Source: a virus
Virus record (IMG/VR): IMGVR_UViG_3300044730_002015
Coordinates: 32,001 to 96,000 of that record
Length of the DNA: 64,000 nucleotides
Strand: one strand, 5' to 3'
Part shown: one piece after another, positions 26,909 through 39,200 of the stretch
Position numbering within the stretch: the first letter of the stretch is position 1
Layout: each line of letters opens with the position of its first letter
Notes under the pieces: generated by a model
What the model was told of the DNA's origin: nothing
What the model saw: the letters and a program-made list of their open reading frames with translations, nothing else
Database searches by the model: none
Position numbers and translations under genes: made by a program

Positions 26909-27286
26909 TTATGCACTTATTGGTATGTTGATAGTTCCCGAACGTCCGTATACCACTAGATAACCGGATATGATGGCAAAGTTTACAAGCCCCATACTTC
27001 TTGTCAATACTTGTAGGTTGCCGCCGCTGCTGGCATTGATGCCAGTAAGTTGGCTGCCGTTACCAAATAGATAACTAGCGGTAATATTGGCGCTGGTAAT
27101 GATGTTGCCCGTGGCGCCCAGTGTGGTGAAATTGCCAGCAGCCGGGGTGGCATTGCCGATAATAATGCCATTGATAGCACCAGTAGAAGCCAATTGCCAG
27201 CCTTGGCCGTTGAAAACCCAGGTTTTGTTATTAAACGTGTAGTAGTCGTTGACACTGGGGTTCGAGGGAAAATCAATAGTGGCCAT
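26909..27286 (-). CDS. Small tail-fibre-associated protein
   Basis: IDFPSNP...TWVFNGQGW N-terminal module and the shared YLFGNGSQLTG repeat. Confidence 0.7.
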   Translation of the reverse strand: MATIDFPSNPSVNDYYTFNNKTWVFNGQGWQLASTGAINGIIIGNATPAAGNFTTLGATGNIITSANITASYLFGNGSQLTGINASSGGNLQVLTRSMGLVNFAIISGYLVVYGRSGTINIPISA

Positions 27287-27371
27287 ATAATTTGTTCAGG
27301 AATATCCTATGTTATATTTATTATCACAACACCAAAGGTATCTCGCGTGATTATGCTGAGATCCATTGCGT

Positions 27372-28277
27372 TCAAGCAGAACTAACCTGGAAAGTGCCCG
27401 ATGAGGTAAAAGTATGCACTGTGTTGCCGCCCACTGTGGATACGGTACCACCGGTGGCCTTTTGCGAGCCAACATAACTGAAGATCACTATGCCCGGACC
27501 ACCTGTTCCCGCTGCTGCAGGAGAGCCACCCAAGCCACCACCACCTCCGCCCCCGGTGTTGACATTGCCCGGAGTTGACGCAAATGCAGGTGCCAATCCA
27601 CCAGCGCATCCGCCTTTGCCACCACCGCCTAGTCCGCCTGATGAAAATGAAAAAAGTTGTGTAGGAAGTTGGGTAGCGGCACCTCCGCCACCACCACCTC
27701 CGTAGTAAGTTGATGTGCCGGTGATACTGCTGGTAGATCCAGCACCACCTGGGCCACCCAGACGGGCGCCGGTGGTAGCGGGCGATGCTGTACCAGCCGA
27801 ACCCGCTGCGCCGATGGGTCCTCCTCCTCCGCCTCCGCCGCCAGCTCCATCAGTGTTGGGCAAAAATCGTTGTCCAGCACCGCCGGGGCCACCAAACGTG
27901 CCAGTACCAACGGTAGCATCTGCGTTGTAACCGCCTTGCCCGCCGCCACCTGCTCCCGGTGTGGCCGCTGTAGCTCCAGCAAATGAACTGGCACCACCGC
28001 CACCACCGCCCAAAGAACTCACTGTGACACCGCTACCTGTGATATCAGTGTTGGCTCCGCGTGTGCTGGCGCCGCCACCTCCGCCAACTGTGACCACATA
28101 AGGTCCCGTGGACACAGTGGTCACACCTTCTAGCACACGGCCTCCGCCACCTCCGCCACCTTGGTCATCGCCGCCACCGCCACCTGCACCTACCGCGAGA
28201 TATCGTACAGTAAAACTCTGTGGAAAGTACTGGTTGTAAAGCGTGGTATTACTAATGGTTATGCCAGTGAATAACAT
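27372..28277 (-). CDS. Gly-rich adhesin-like protein
   Basis: YLAVGAGGGGG ... GGPGIVIFSY ... HTFTSSGTF. Confidence 0.75.
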   Translation of the reverse strand: MLFTGITISNTTLYNQYFPQSFTVRYLAVGAGGGGGDDQGGGGGGGRVLEGVTTVSTGPYVVTVGGGGGASTRGANTDITGSGVTVSSLGGGGGGASSFAGATAATPGAGGGGQGGYNADATVGTGTFGGPGGAGQRFLPNTDGAGGGGGGGGPIGAAGSAGTASPATTGARLGGPGGAGSTSSITGTSTYYGGGGGGGAATQLPTQLFSFSSGGLGGGGKGGCAGGLAPAFASTPGNVNTGGGGGGGLGGSPAAAGTGGPGIVIFSYVGSQKATGGTVSTVGGNTVHTFTSSGTFQVSSA

Positions 28278-28284
28278 AATTTTC

Positions 28285-29157
28285 CTATACGGTAGAGGTC
28301 AGTGTAAATGTACCAGGTGCTGTGAATGTATGATATGTATAGCCACCTGAACTGGTAATGACACCACCTGTACCCTTGGTTCCGCCCTCGTATCTAACTA
28401 TGACTGTGCCGGGTCCTCCTGTGCCACCTGCATTGGGTGAAGTGCCTGTTCCGCCAGCACCACCTCCACCACCGCCACGACCGGGTGTGGCTGCAACCAC
28501 ACCACCACCGCTGCTGCCCCCGGTACCGGCACCTGATGTGGGTGTACCTCCCCCGATGCCACCTGAACCCGCGGAAGATCCTCCCCCACCGCCAGCACCA
28601 TAGATCACACCATCTACCCAGGTATAGCCTGCGCCACCGTCGCCGCCAGGGCCTGTGCCGCTGCCGCCCACACCTGGAGATCCTGCACCACCAGCACCAC
28701 CGCCACCGCCACCGCCGTTACGAGCACTGACTGCTCCGGGATTGCCCTGTGGGGGACTTGTGGGTGGTGTGTTGCCTGAGCCGGCTGTTTGACTGGCATA
28801 AGCACTACCAGCACCGGCACCACCGCCCGATGCTCCCGATGTGCCTGAACTGTTTTGGCTGCCACCACCGCCACCACCGGCTGCCGTCAATCCAAAACCT
28901 GTGCTGCTGTCACCAGAGCCTCCAGAGGATGGAGAGGTTGTCCGGCCAGCACCGCCGGTGCCCACAGTGACAGGATATGCAGCCGGAGCCGAAGATACCT
29001 GAGTTGATCCGGTTAGCACACCACCACCGCCACCACCGCCGGCAGCATCAAATCCACCGCCTCCACCAGCACCAACCACTATGTATTCTAATAACACATT
29101 GGGTACAAAGGTATTAATCATTGTGGCATTTTGTACAGTGGTTTCTGAAATTATCAT
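28285..29157 (-). CDS. Gly-rich adhesin-like protein
   Basis: Start re-called at MIISET; YIVVGAGGGGG ... GGPGTVIVRY ... HTFTAPGTF. Confidence 0.75.
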   Translation of the reverse strand: MIISETTVQNATMINTFVPNVLLEYIVVGAGGGGGFDAAGGGGGGGVLTGSTQVSSAPAAYPVTVGTGGAGRTTSPSSGGSGDSSTGFGLTAAGGGGGGSQNSSGTSGASGGGAGAGSAYASQTAGSGNTPPTSPPQGNPGAVSARNGGGGGGGAGGAGSPGVGGSGTGPGGDGGAGYTWVDGVIYGAGGGGGSSAGSGGIGGGTPTSGAGTGGSSGGGVVAATPGRGGGGGGAGGTGTSPNAGGTGGPGTVIVRYEGGTKGTGGVITSSGGYTYHTFTAPGTFTLTSTV

Positions 29158-29170
29158 GTTGGGTCCTTGA

Positions 29171-30265
29171 TTATGCGGGTATGGTCCAGGTAGTGGGTGC
29201 AGTGATAGTGTAAACCACACGTCCGCTGGGATTAGTTACGATAGTTACAGCAGGAGCAGGATTGAATGTTCCAACGGCTGGTCGTCCTACGGTAATAGTA
29301 GACATCACAACCACGCCTGGTCCACCTGCACCGCCTGCTGGTGTTGGAATCGTACTAGGAGGAAGGCCGGTATTGCCACCGCCGCCGCCACCGCCACCAC
29401 GATTGGTTGATCCAGCTGTGCCACCTGCACTGCCAGCGCCGCCGGCACCACCACCATCAAGGCCTGCTCCCCCGCTGCCACCATTGAATCCACCACCACC
29501 ACCACCACCGCCACCATAACCAATATCAGCGCCTGGAGCAGAAAATGTTCCGGGTAAAGTCCTACCTCCAGCGGCTGCGCCACCTGGTGCCCCCACTACC
29601 GAGGGCCAGGTCGGCGCCGGAACCGATGCAGGGGAGGGGCCGCCTGAGCCAGCAGTACCACTAACTGGGATTGGGCCACCGCCGCCCCCGCCACCACCTG
29701 CGTTGGAAATCTGCCGACTTGTGGGACCTCTGGTGGGCAATAATGGTGCAGGAGAAGACGGAGCTGTCGAGAAACTGCCACCAGTACCACCGCCTTGAGT
29801 GCCACCAGCACCACTGCCAGCACTGCCACCACCACCACCGCCACGTGCGTCGCCGGCCGGGGTAGGGAAAGGCCCTGATCCGGGAAGTCCTGCTACGCCT
29901 GCTGATGCACTGCCACCACCGGGACGTCCACCGCCACCACCACCTCCGCCGGCAGTGACACTTCCAATGCTAATAATAGGTCCTGGCGAAGTTATGGTTG
30001 TATTTTGACCTGGATTGCCACTGGTGGTTCCGGGCCCAGGTGGAGCTGCGCCTCCGGCACCAATGGTGAATATCACAGTGCCAGGTCCGCTGATGCTCCA
30101 AGCATTGTAATTACAACCACCGCCACCACCGCCACCGGCACCACGACGCCCACCGGAACCACCACCGGCTACTGCCATGACATTTAGACTCAAGGGAAAA
30201 TTTGGTACCCCGGCCGCTGTTGCTTGCCGCCCGGTTGATGCAACTGCTTGTAGTATTCCTGTCAT
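29171..30265 (-). CDS. Gly/Pro-rich adhesin-like protein (gp38-like position after a long fibre)
   Basis: AVAGGGSGG ... GGPGVVVM; directly follows the 3863-aa fibre. Confidence 0.75.
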   Translation of the reverse strand: MTGILQAVASTGRQATAAGVPNFPLSLNVMAVAGGGSGGRRGAGGGGGGGCNYNAWSISGPGTVIFTIGAGGAAPPGPGTTSGNPGQNTTITSPGPIISIGSVTAGGGGGGGGRPGGGSASAGVAGLPGSGPFPTPAGDARGGGGGGSAGSGAGGTQGGGTGGSFSTAPSSPAPLLPTRGPTSRQISNAGGGGGGGGPIPVSGTAGSGGPSPASVPAPTWPSVVGAPGGAAAGGRTLPGTFSAPGADIGYGGGGGGGGGFNGGSGGAGLDGGGAGGAGSAGGTAGSTNRGGGGGGGGNTGLPPSTIPTPAGGAGGPGVVVMSTITVGRPAVGTFNPAPAVTIVTNPSGRVVYTITAPTTWTIPA

Positions 30266-30283
30266 GATTTTGAAAATAAAGTT

Positions 30284-33200
30284 TTAAATAACATTGGAGC
30301 CGTTGACAAACCAAGTGTCAGTGGCAACCTTGACCAAGGTGGCAAAACCATACCAGGCCAAAGTTCTATTGCCTGTTGTGGCATTGCCTGCTAGATACAG
30401 TGTTACACCGGCGTTGGCCCCGATAGTACAGTTGGCTCCACTTTGATTGATTAATGTTACAGCGGCACCAATGGGCAACGGCACAGAACTATTGGCTGGA
30501 ATATTTATTGTGACGCCACCTGAGGCAGTATAATAGTGTTCGCCCAGATCCGCCAACGCGATAGTGGGTGTGCCAGTCCAGGAAATCTGTGGAATATCCC
30601 TGTAACCTGCTACGATATTACCCGGCAAATATAGTTGGCCGTCGGAAGCAAAATTCCACCGATTGGATCCAGTTTGTATGGTAGTGTTGGCATTGGCCCC
30701 TACAATGGTACCGCTGGCCGAGTTGATGTTTAGATTGCCGGCCTGATCAAAAGTCCAGGTATAGGCACCAGTTTTGATAGTGGTGTTGCTGGCACTGCCT
30801 ACGAAATTGCCAGCAGCCACATTTGCGGAACTGGTTATATTGGCAGTGGTCAAAATTGTGACAGCGGCATTTGATGCAAGATAATCGGCCACATTGGAAT
30901 TGCCATATGAGCCACCACCGCCTGCGATACCAGTCAAGAATGCGCCATTACCAATAAAATAATTACCTGCAACGTTGGCAGTGGTAGTGATGTTTGCAGT
31001 GGTCAGTACAGTGACAGCAGCATTTGAGGCTAGATAGGTGGCTACATTGGAATTGCCATATAATGAAACCTGTGTGCCGTTGGCATAGTTTACAGCAAAG
31101 GTATTGCCAGGCAATGTCAAATTGCCAGTGTTGTCAAAATTCCAAGTATATGTGCCTGCTATCAAACCCACGTTGGGATCTGATCCTGCTGCTCCTATGA
31201 AGTTATTGGCAGTTATGTTGGCCGACGTAGTGATATTGCCAGTGGTCAGTATGGTTACAGCAGCATTTGAGGCAAGATAGTTGGCAACATCTGCGTTGCT
31301 GTATGAGCCACCACTACCACCCAATGATACCTGTGTGCCGTTAGCGTAGTTGACTGCAAAAGTGTTTCCGGGCAGTGTGAAGTTTCCAGTGTTGCCAAAA
31401 GTCCAGTTATAGACTCCAGTCCTGATAGTGGTATTGCTGGCACTACCGCCTACGAAATTAGCAGCACTGATATTGGCACTGCTGGTGATGTTGCCTGTGA
31501 CATTTAAACTGGTGCCTGTGGCAGCACCAATGTTGGGTGTGACCAGATTGGCACCGGCCTTGACCGAGATGTTGCCACCGCCGTCAAACGCCGTGGTGTT
31601 GTTGTCTACCTTGGCAGAAATAGTGGTAGTGGCAAGACTGATACCTGCGGCGGTGTTGGCCGAATATACCTGGCTTTGGCTGAACACAGCAAACTGTATG
31701 TTGCTGGTGCCAAAAACTATGGCAGTATTTGGCGCATCAACAATAAAGGCCGAGCCTTTGTTGACATTGCCGCCGGTGGTGTAGAAGTAGTCGTTGATGC
31801 CCAAGGCATCTACATTGGCCAAACCAGCGGTGTTTTCTGTGGAAGCCCTGGTGATAGCTGTGGCGTTGGACCACACATACACGCCATTGTGTGCGCCATT
31901 GGCTTCGTTCTTGACCAAGATACGAGTGTTGGCTGTCTGTACATTGGCTGTGTCAATGAGATTGAAACTACCAGTGGTGGTCAGCGTGGCACCTATACCG
32001 TTGCCTACGCCGTTGACCTGATTGTAAGTTATGGTACCGCCTGTGGCATCAGCCAAGGTACCTGTGGTGGCTGCCAACACAGCTTCGTGATAGGAAATGG
32101 ATGTACTGGCCAGGTTATCAACATAGATCTTTGTGGCAGCATCTTGATCTTGTACTGGGTTGGTGAGATTATTGATATAGTAATTGTTGGCATTGACATT
32201 GCCTGGTATGGTAAGGGTACCAGTGCTGCCAAAGGTCCAGAGCTGACTGCCAGTTCTGATGTTGGTATTAACACCGGTGCCTGAGAAATTACCAGCATTG
32301 ACATTGGTCGAACTGGAGATATTGGCAGTGGTGGTGATAGTGACTGCTGCGTTAGATGCCAAATAGTCTGCTACATTGGCATTGCTGTAGGAACTACCAG
32401 CTGAGATTCCAGTTAAGAATGCGCCGTTACCAATAAAGTAGGTACCAGCCACGTTGGCTGCGGTAGTGATATTTGCAGTGGTCAGTATAGTTATTGCTGC
32501 ATTTGAAGCCAGGTAGTCGCTTACATTGGCATTGCCATATGTGCTGCCTCCACCACCAGAAATACCTGACAAGAAATATCCATTGCCCAGTATGTAACCA
32601 CCTTGTACATTGGCAGTGGTAACGACGTTACCTGTGAGATTGGGCAGGGCGCCGGTATAGGTAGGCAAGTAGTTGGCAACATCGGCATTGCTATAACCTG
32701 CCGCTATACCAGTTAAGAAAGCACCGTTGCCCAAGACATATGCGCCCTGTACGTTGGCAGTAGTGGTGACGTTGCCAGTGAGGTTTGTCAGCGCACCTGT
32801 ATAGGCCGCAACATTGGCGTCGTCATATCCACCTGTGGCAAATCTGATGTTGCCTAATATGTAGGCTCCCTGTACATTAGCAGTGGTTGTGACATTGCCA
32901 GTGAGATTGATCAGCGCACCTGTATAGGCCGCAACGTTGGCATCATTGTAGCCACCTGTGGAGAATCTAATATTTCCTAGTACATAACTTCCCGAAACAT
33001 TGCCGGTGGCTGTGATATTGGCTGCGGCAGTGATATCGTTGGTAGATATAAAGTCATAGGCCGATATGCTGCTGGAAGCGATGATGCGTGTGCTGTTGCT
33101 GGTCAATGTTTGGAACGGCAGATAAAGTGTGTTGTTGATGTATACATCGTTCCAGCGACGAGTGTTGTTGCCAAGATTGTATGCGCCATTGGCCGCAGGT

Positions 33201-36200
33201 ATGATATTTCCGGGGAACTCCTGCAGATACGCGGCAACATTGGCATTTGAATAGTTACTTGCGATGCCAGTGAGAAAGTAACCATTGCCATACAAGTATT
33301 CTGCTGATAGATTGGCTTGAGTAACGATTTGACCTGCGGTAATAATGGGCACAAAACTGTTGCTGCCAAGAAAACCTGTGACACTGTTATTACCGTACCC
33401 ACCAGTGGTGTTGCTGATGTCACCATAGTAGTAATTGGCTGTGATATTGTTAGATCCTGTGACATTGCCTGCGGCGTTAAATGTCAATGTACTACTGCCG
33501 GCTACTAATAGTATGTTACTTGCAGAAATCTGCATATTACCTGCAGAAATCTGCATATTACCTGCAGGACCGATGATGTTACCTACGACACTTAAATTGT
33601 TGGCCACCGTTAACCCACGGTTCAGCGTCATGACATTGCTAGCAAAATTGTAGAAGAACTGTATATTACCCGATGCCAAGTTGCCTATCTGCAGACCAGC
33701 GCCGTCGAGTTCGTCGGCAGTAACAGCATTATTGGCTACTATGATATCTTTGTCATTGACAGATAAGGTGTTGGCGTTAATGGTAGTAGTATTGCCCAAG
33801 ACCTGTAAGTTGCCGAAAATTACGACGTTGTTAGTTACTTGGAGATTGCCGAACGAACCATTGCCTGTATATGTAGGTAGATAAGTTGCTACATTGGCGT
33901 CACCGTAGCCACCGGTGGTGTTTCTAATATTGCCAAAATAATTGCCTGCAGTGACATTACCAGTGGTAGATATGTTTGAAGTTAAATTAAACAATTGTAA
34001 ATTGCCAATACCGATGCCGTCGCCATAAAAGAATTCGGCCGTGACAACATTACTGGCAGTTAAATTATTAGCTGAAATATCACCTGTTGTGATGATATTA
34101 CTGGTCAATGATCCACTGGCCAAGTAGTTGGCCACATTGGCATTGCTGTAATCGCCACCCAGTGATACCTGTGTGCCATTGGCGTAGTTGATTGCAAAGG
34201 TATTGCTGGGTAATACTAAATTACCTGTGTTATTAAATGTCCAGACATAAGCATCAGCAGTAATACTGGTATTGACTTCGCTACCTATAAAGTTATTGGC
34301 CGTGATATTGGCCGTGGTTGTGATGTTACCAGTGGTTAATATCGTTACGTTGGCATTGCTGGCCAGATAGTTGGCAACATTAGTGTTGCTGTATGCTCCA
34401 ATGATATTACTATATTGTATGCCAGAAACAAAGTAGCCATTGCCTAGTATGTAAGCACCAGACACATTGGCGGTAGTGGTTACATTGCCAGTGAGATTGG
34501 TCAGCGCACCTGTATAGGCCGCAACATTGGCGTCGTTATATCCACCAGTGGCAGATCTGATATTGCCTATTAAGAAATTACCTGTTACATTGGCAGTGGT
34601 AGTGACGTTGCCACCCAGTGAGTCAATGGCGCCAGTATAAGTGGGCAGATATGCAGCTACATTGGCATTTCCATAGGAAGAAGCCACACCAGTTAATAGA
34701 GCGCCGTTACCCAATAGATAGTTGGCTGCAATATTACCAGAGAATACTGTGGCACTCTCATTGGCTGTGATTTCTTGTGCGCCAATATAGACAGTGCTGT
34801 TGTTTAGGTATAGATCATTCCAGCGATTGGTGTTGCTACCTAGATCGTATGTGACGTTGGCACTTGGTATGATGTTACCGTCAAAATTGGCTAGATATGA
34901 TTTGACATTGGCATTGCTGTAGGATGAACTACCACCCAGTGATACCTGTGTGCCGTTGGCGTAGTTGATTGCAAATGTATTACCTGGTAATACTAAATTA
35001 CCTGCGTTATTAAACGACCAACGATATCCATTGGTGGTGATAGTGGTGTTTGTTCCAGATCCTACAATGTTGTTTGCGGACACATTGGCTGAGGTAGTGA
35101 TATTGCCCGTAGTCAGTATGGTTACAGCAGCATTTGAGGCAAGATAGTTGGCAACATCTGCGTTGCTGTATGAGCCACCACTACCACCCAATGATACCTG
35201 TGTGCCGTTAGCGTAGTTGACTGCAAAAGTGTTGCCCGGCAATACAATATTGCCTGTGTTGTTGAATGTCCAGGTATATCCATTGGCAACTAGTTCAACA
35301 TTATTACTGGTTCCAACTAGATTATTTGCTGAAATGTTGGCTGCAGTGGTGATATTGCCAGTGGTCAGTATGGTTACAGCGGCATTGCTGGCCAAGTAGG
35401 CAGCAACATTGGAGTTGCCATATGAGCCACCACCGCCTGCGATACCAGTCAAGAATGCGCCATTACCAAAAATGTAATTACCGGTGATGTTGCCAACCGC
35501 GGTTATAAATCCAGATTTACCCAACTGGATAGTGGTGTTACCAACTCCATTGTTGATATAAATTGTATCGCTGGCTAAAACATTGCCGGGTATGATGAAA
35601 TTGCCAGCATCATTGAATATCCACGTGCTGCTACCGGATGTCAACGATATAGAGGTACTGTTGCCAGTTATGGTGCCTAGCCCTAGTATGATGTCATTGA
35701 CATCTATGTCATTGACTTGTAAATTACCAGTTGTGACTATGTCTCCCAGGATATTGATAGTCAGCGCGCCACTACCGATGTTGAGGTTGCCGCCCAGGAT
35801 ATAGCCATTGGCCGTCAAGTTGCCCGACAACGAAGAATCGCTGGCAGAAATTGGTACCAGTAGTCCCGTGTTATTATCAACAAAGGATATGCCACGACCG
35901 GTAGCATTGTTGCGTATCAGTGTGGCATTGCCAACAGCACCGCTGGGTGTGATAAATCCATTGCCGTAAATCTGCGTGGGTTGCGCAGATATCGAGTCTA
36001 TCAACGCTATACCGCTGCCAATGGGATTACTTTGGATTAGTGTTGGGCCACCTGATGTGCCCACTGGGGTAACATAGTTGTTGGCATAGACTCTGCGGAA
36101 CTGTGTGCCACTGCTGCCGATGTCTAATGTGTTGTTAGAATTAGCACCCGGAACAATATTGCCCGGCAATAACAAATTGCCACTGGTTTCGTAGATCCAA

Positions 36201-39200
36201 GTGCGATTACCAGCAGCGATTGAAACCTGGGTAACATTACTAGTGATAGTGCCTTGATCAAGATTAATAACATTGACATCAACATTGTTGACCTGCAGAT
36301 TACCAGTGGTTACAATATCACCAGTGGCATTGATGGTTAAGGCATTGCTCCCCACGTTGATATTGGTAACATCGATATCCACCACTTGTAAATTACCCGT
36401 GGTAACTATGTCACCAGTGGTATTGATAGTCAATGCATTGCCGCCAACATTGATGTCATTGACATCAATGTTGATTACTTGTAAATTGCCAGTGGTTACA
36501 ATATCACCAGTGGCATTGATGGTTAAAGCTCCACCAGTGACATCAATTTCAGTTACTTGTATGTTGACTACGCTTAGATTACCTGCTGAAATATTGGCTG
36601 CTGTTGTGATATTGCCGCCAACTATGTTTCCAGCCACTGTTAACGATGTGGCAACATTGGTACCACCCGAAGCATTTAAGTAAATCGTATCGGTACTGTC
36701 GTTGTTGACATTCAACTCCAGTACAGTGTTCTCTCCAGCCGATGCATAATATTTGATGCTGGCTAGATCACCAGTACCACCACCAGGATTGGCAGGGAAT
36801 ATGATTCCGGCTTCACCGCTGCCGGCTGTGGGACGTATCACGCCATTGATGTTAGAGCCGCTGATATTTCCAAACACTTCCAATCTATTGGAAATATTGG
36901 CGCCATGGCTTAATTCCATGACGTTGCTGCTGCTGTCATAGAAGAAAGTGATGTTACCGCCGGCTGTTCTATTACCAATCTGTATGCCAGCACCGTCCAA
37001 ATCTGACAAGGTGGCCGTGGCGTTGGCAGCAACTATGATGTCTTTGTCGGCCAAGAATATGTTAGAAACATTAATTTCGGTGGTGTTTCCTTCAACACGC
37101 AAGTTGCCCAACACCACCATATCTCTAGAAACACTGACATTGCTAAACGAAGCATTGCCATTGTATACCTGTAGATAAGCAGCCACTTGACTGTTACCAT
37201 AGCCGCCTATGATATTTCCAGCGTCTATTCCTGTTAGGAATGCACCATTACCTAAAATGTAAGAGCCAGTGACATTACCACCTGCAATGATATTACCTGT
37301 GGCCTGAATATACTGATCAGCTTGTATGAATCCATCCACTTCAACGTTGCCGGTAAAACTGCTGTCCCCGGCAGAAATTGCTGCTAACTGTCCTGAACCC
37401 GAATCTATAAATGCTATGCCGCTGCCCGATGTGCTGCTCTGTATTTCTGTGGCATTGCCTGTCACGCCACTGGGTGTGACCAATTTATCAGCGTAGATAT
37501 TGCGGAACTGATATTGGGCGCTGCCGATGTCTACGAAATTGTTGGCCAATACCGCATTAGAATATACCGGCAGTATATTGCCTGTGCGTGTCAAATTGGC
37601 TATATTGTAGTTTGATCTAATATTGGCAGTGGTAGTGACATTGCCGGTCAAGGACACTAGATTGCCTGTGTATGTGGGCAAATAGGCCGCTGCGTTACTG
37701 TTGCTATAGGTTCCAATGATATTGCTATACTGGATACCAAATAGCGCTGATCCATTGCCTATGAAGTTTATGGCGGTAACGTTGCTTAAACAATTGACAT
37801 TACCGACTACCTGTAGATTGTTGCCAATTTCAAAATCGCTATAAATTGTTAGATTGCCAAAGTATGCGTCTCCGGCTTCTAGAGAAGCCAACTGTCCCGT
37901 GACGGTATCAACAAACATGAACCCATCATAGTTTTCTCCGCTTTGTATGGCACTGTTGTTACCAGCGGCACCTGCGGGCACTGTAAATTTGTTGCCGTAA
38001 ACGTTGCTAAAGAAGTAAGTTTCGCTGCCAATATCAACTGTGCTGTTGGCCAAGGTGGTATTGGAATACATTGGTAATATGTTACCACTATAGGTAACAT
38101 TAGATATAGTGTAATCAGCTCTGACATTGCCACCGTATATGGGCAAGAATCCCGAAACGTCGGCGTTGCTGTAGTTTTCTCCCAGGCCTGACAGGAATCT
38201 ACCATTGCCTAGGAAATAAGTGGCACTGGTGTTGCCCGATACATTGAGTATGTTGGCGATATTAGCACCATGGCTCAATGTCATGATGTTGGCGGTATAA
38301 TCGTAAATGAACTCCACGTTGCCGCTGGCCAGATTACCTATCTGTAGTCCAGCACCGTTCAATTGTGAGATTGTGTTGGCTGAGTTGGCGACTATTACTC
38401 GATACGCATCAATGATAGAATTTGTAGTGTTGTTATAGTTGGTGGTACCAAGGACTGTTAAGTTGCCTTGGATTATGGCATCCTGAGATACCGTCACGTT
38501 ACCAAACAAGGCATTGGCATTGTAGGTCTGTAGATAGCTAGCTACATTGGCATTGGTATAGGCTGTGATGCCGGTCAAGAATCTACCATTGCCCAAGATA
38601 TAACCACCGGTAATATTGCCGGTGGTCAATATGGTAACCGAAGAATTGCTGCCGAGGTAATTGCTGACTGCGGAATTGCTGTATGTATCGCCCAATATAA
38701 CATTGGCGCCGTTGGCATATCTTACTGCAAAAAAGTTAACGGGTAAATTTAAGTAAGCGTCCTGAGTAAAGGTCCACTCGTTGCCCATCACAGCAATAGC
38801 CACTTGATCTTCGTTTATACCAAAGATATTGCCTGTTGCATTGATATTGGCAACCGAGAGATTACCACCAACTATCAATGTGTTGGAAGTATAATCAAAT
38901 CTCAGCGCTGCACTGGCAGCAAAATTGCCGGTACCATTGTTGTATTGTATCTGTTGATCGGCACCGGCCACTGATCCGTTGCCTGTGATATTACTAGTAC
39001 CAGCAGCCCAGGCCAGGCCCCCTGAACCATCCGAAGTAAGATAGTAGTTAAGATTGCCGCCTGATATCTTGACATTGCCGGCAGGTCCAAGATTGGCTAT
39101 ACCAGATACTGTTAAACCGTTGATGTTTAAATTGCCTGTGTAATCGGGCAGATATGCAGCTACGTTACTGTTACCATAAGCGCCGGTAATGTTGGCATAT

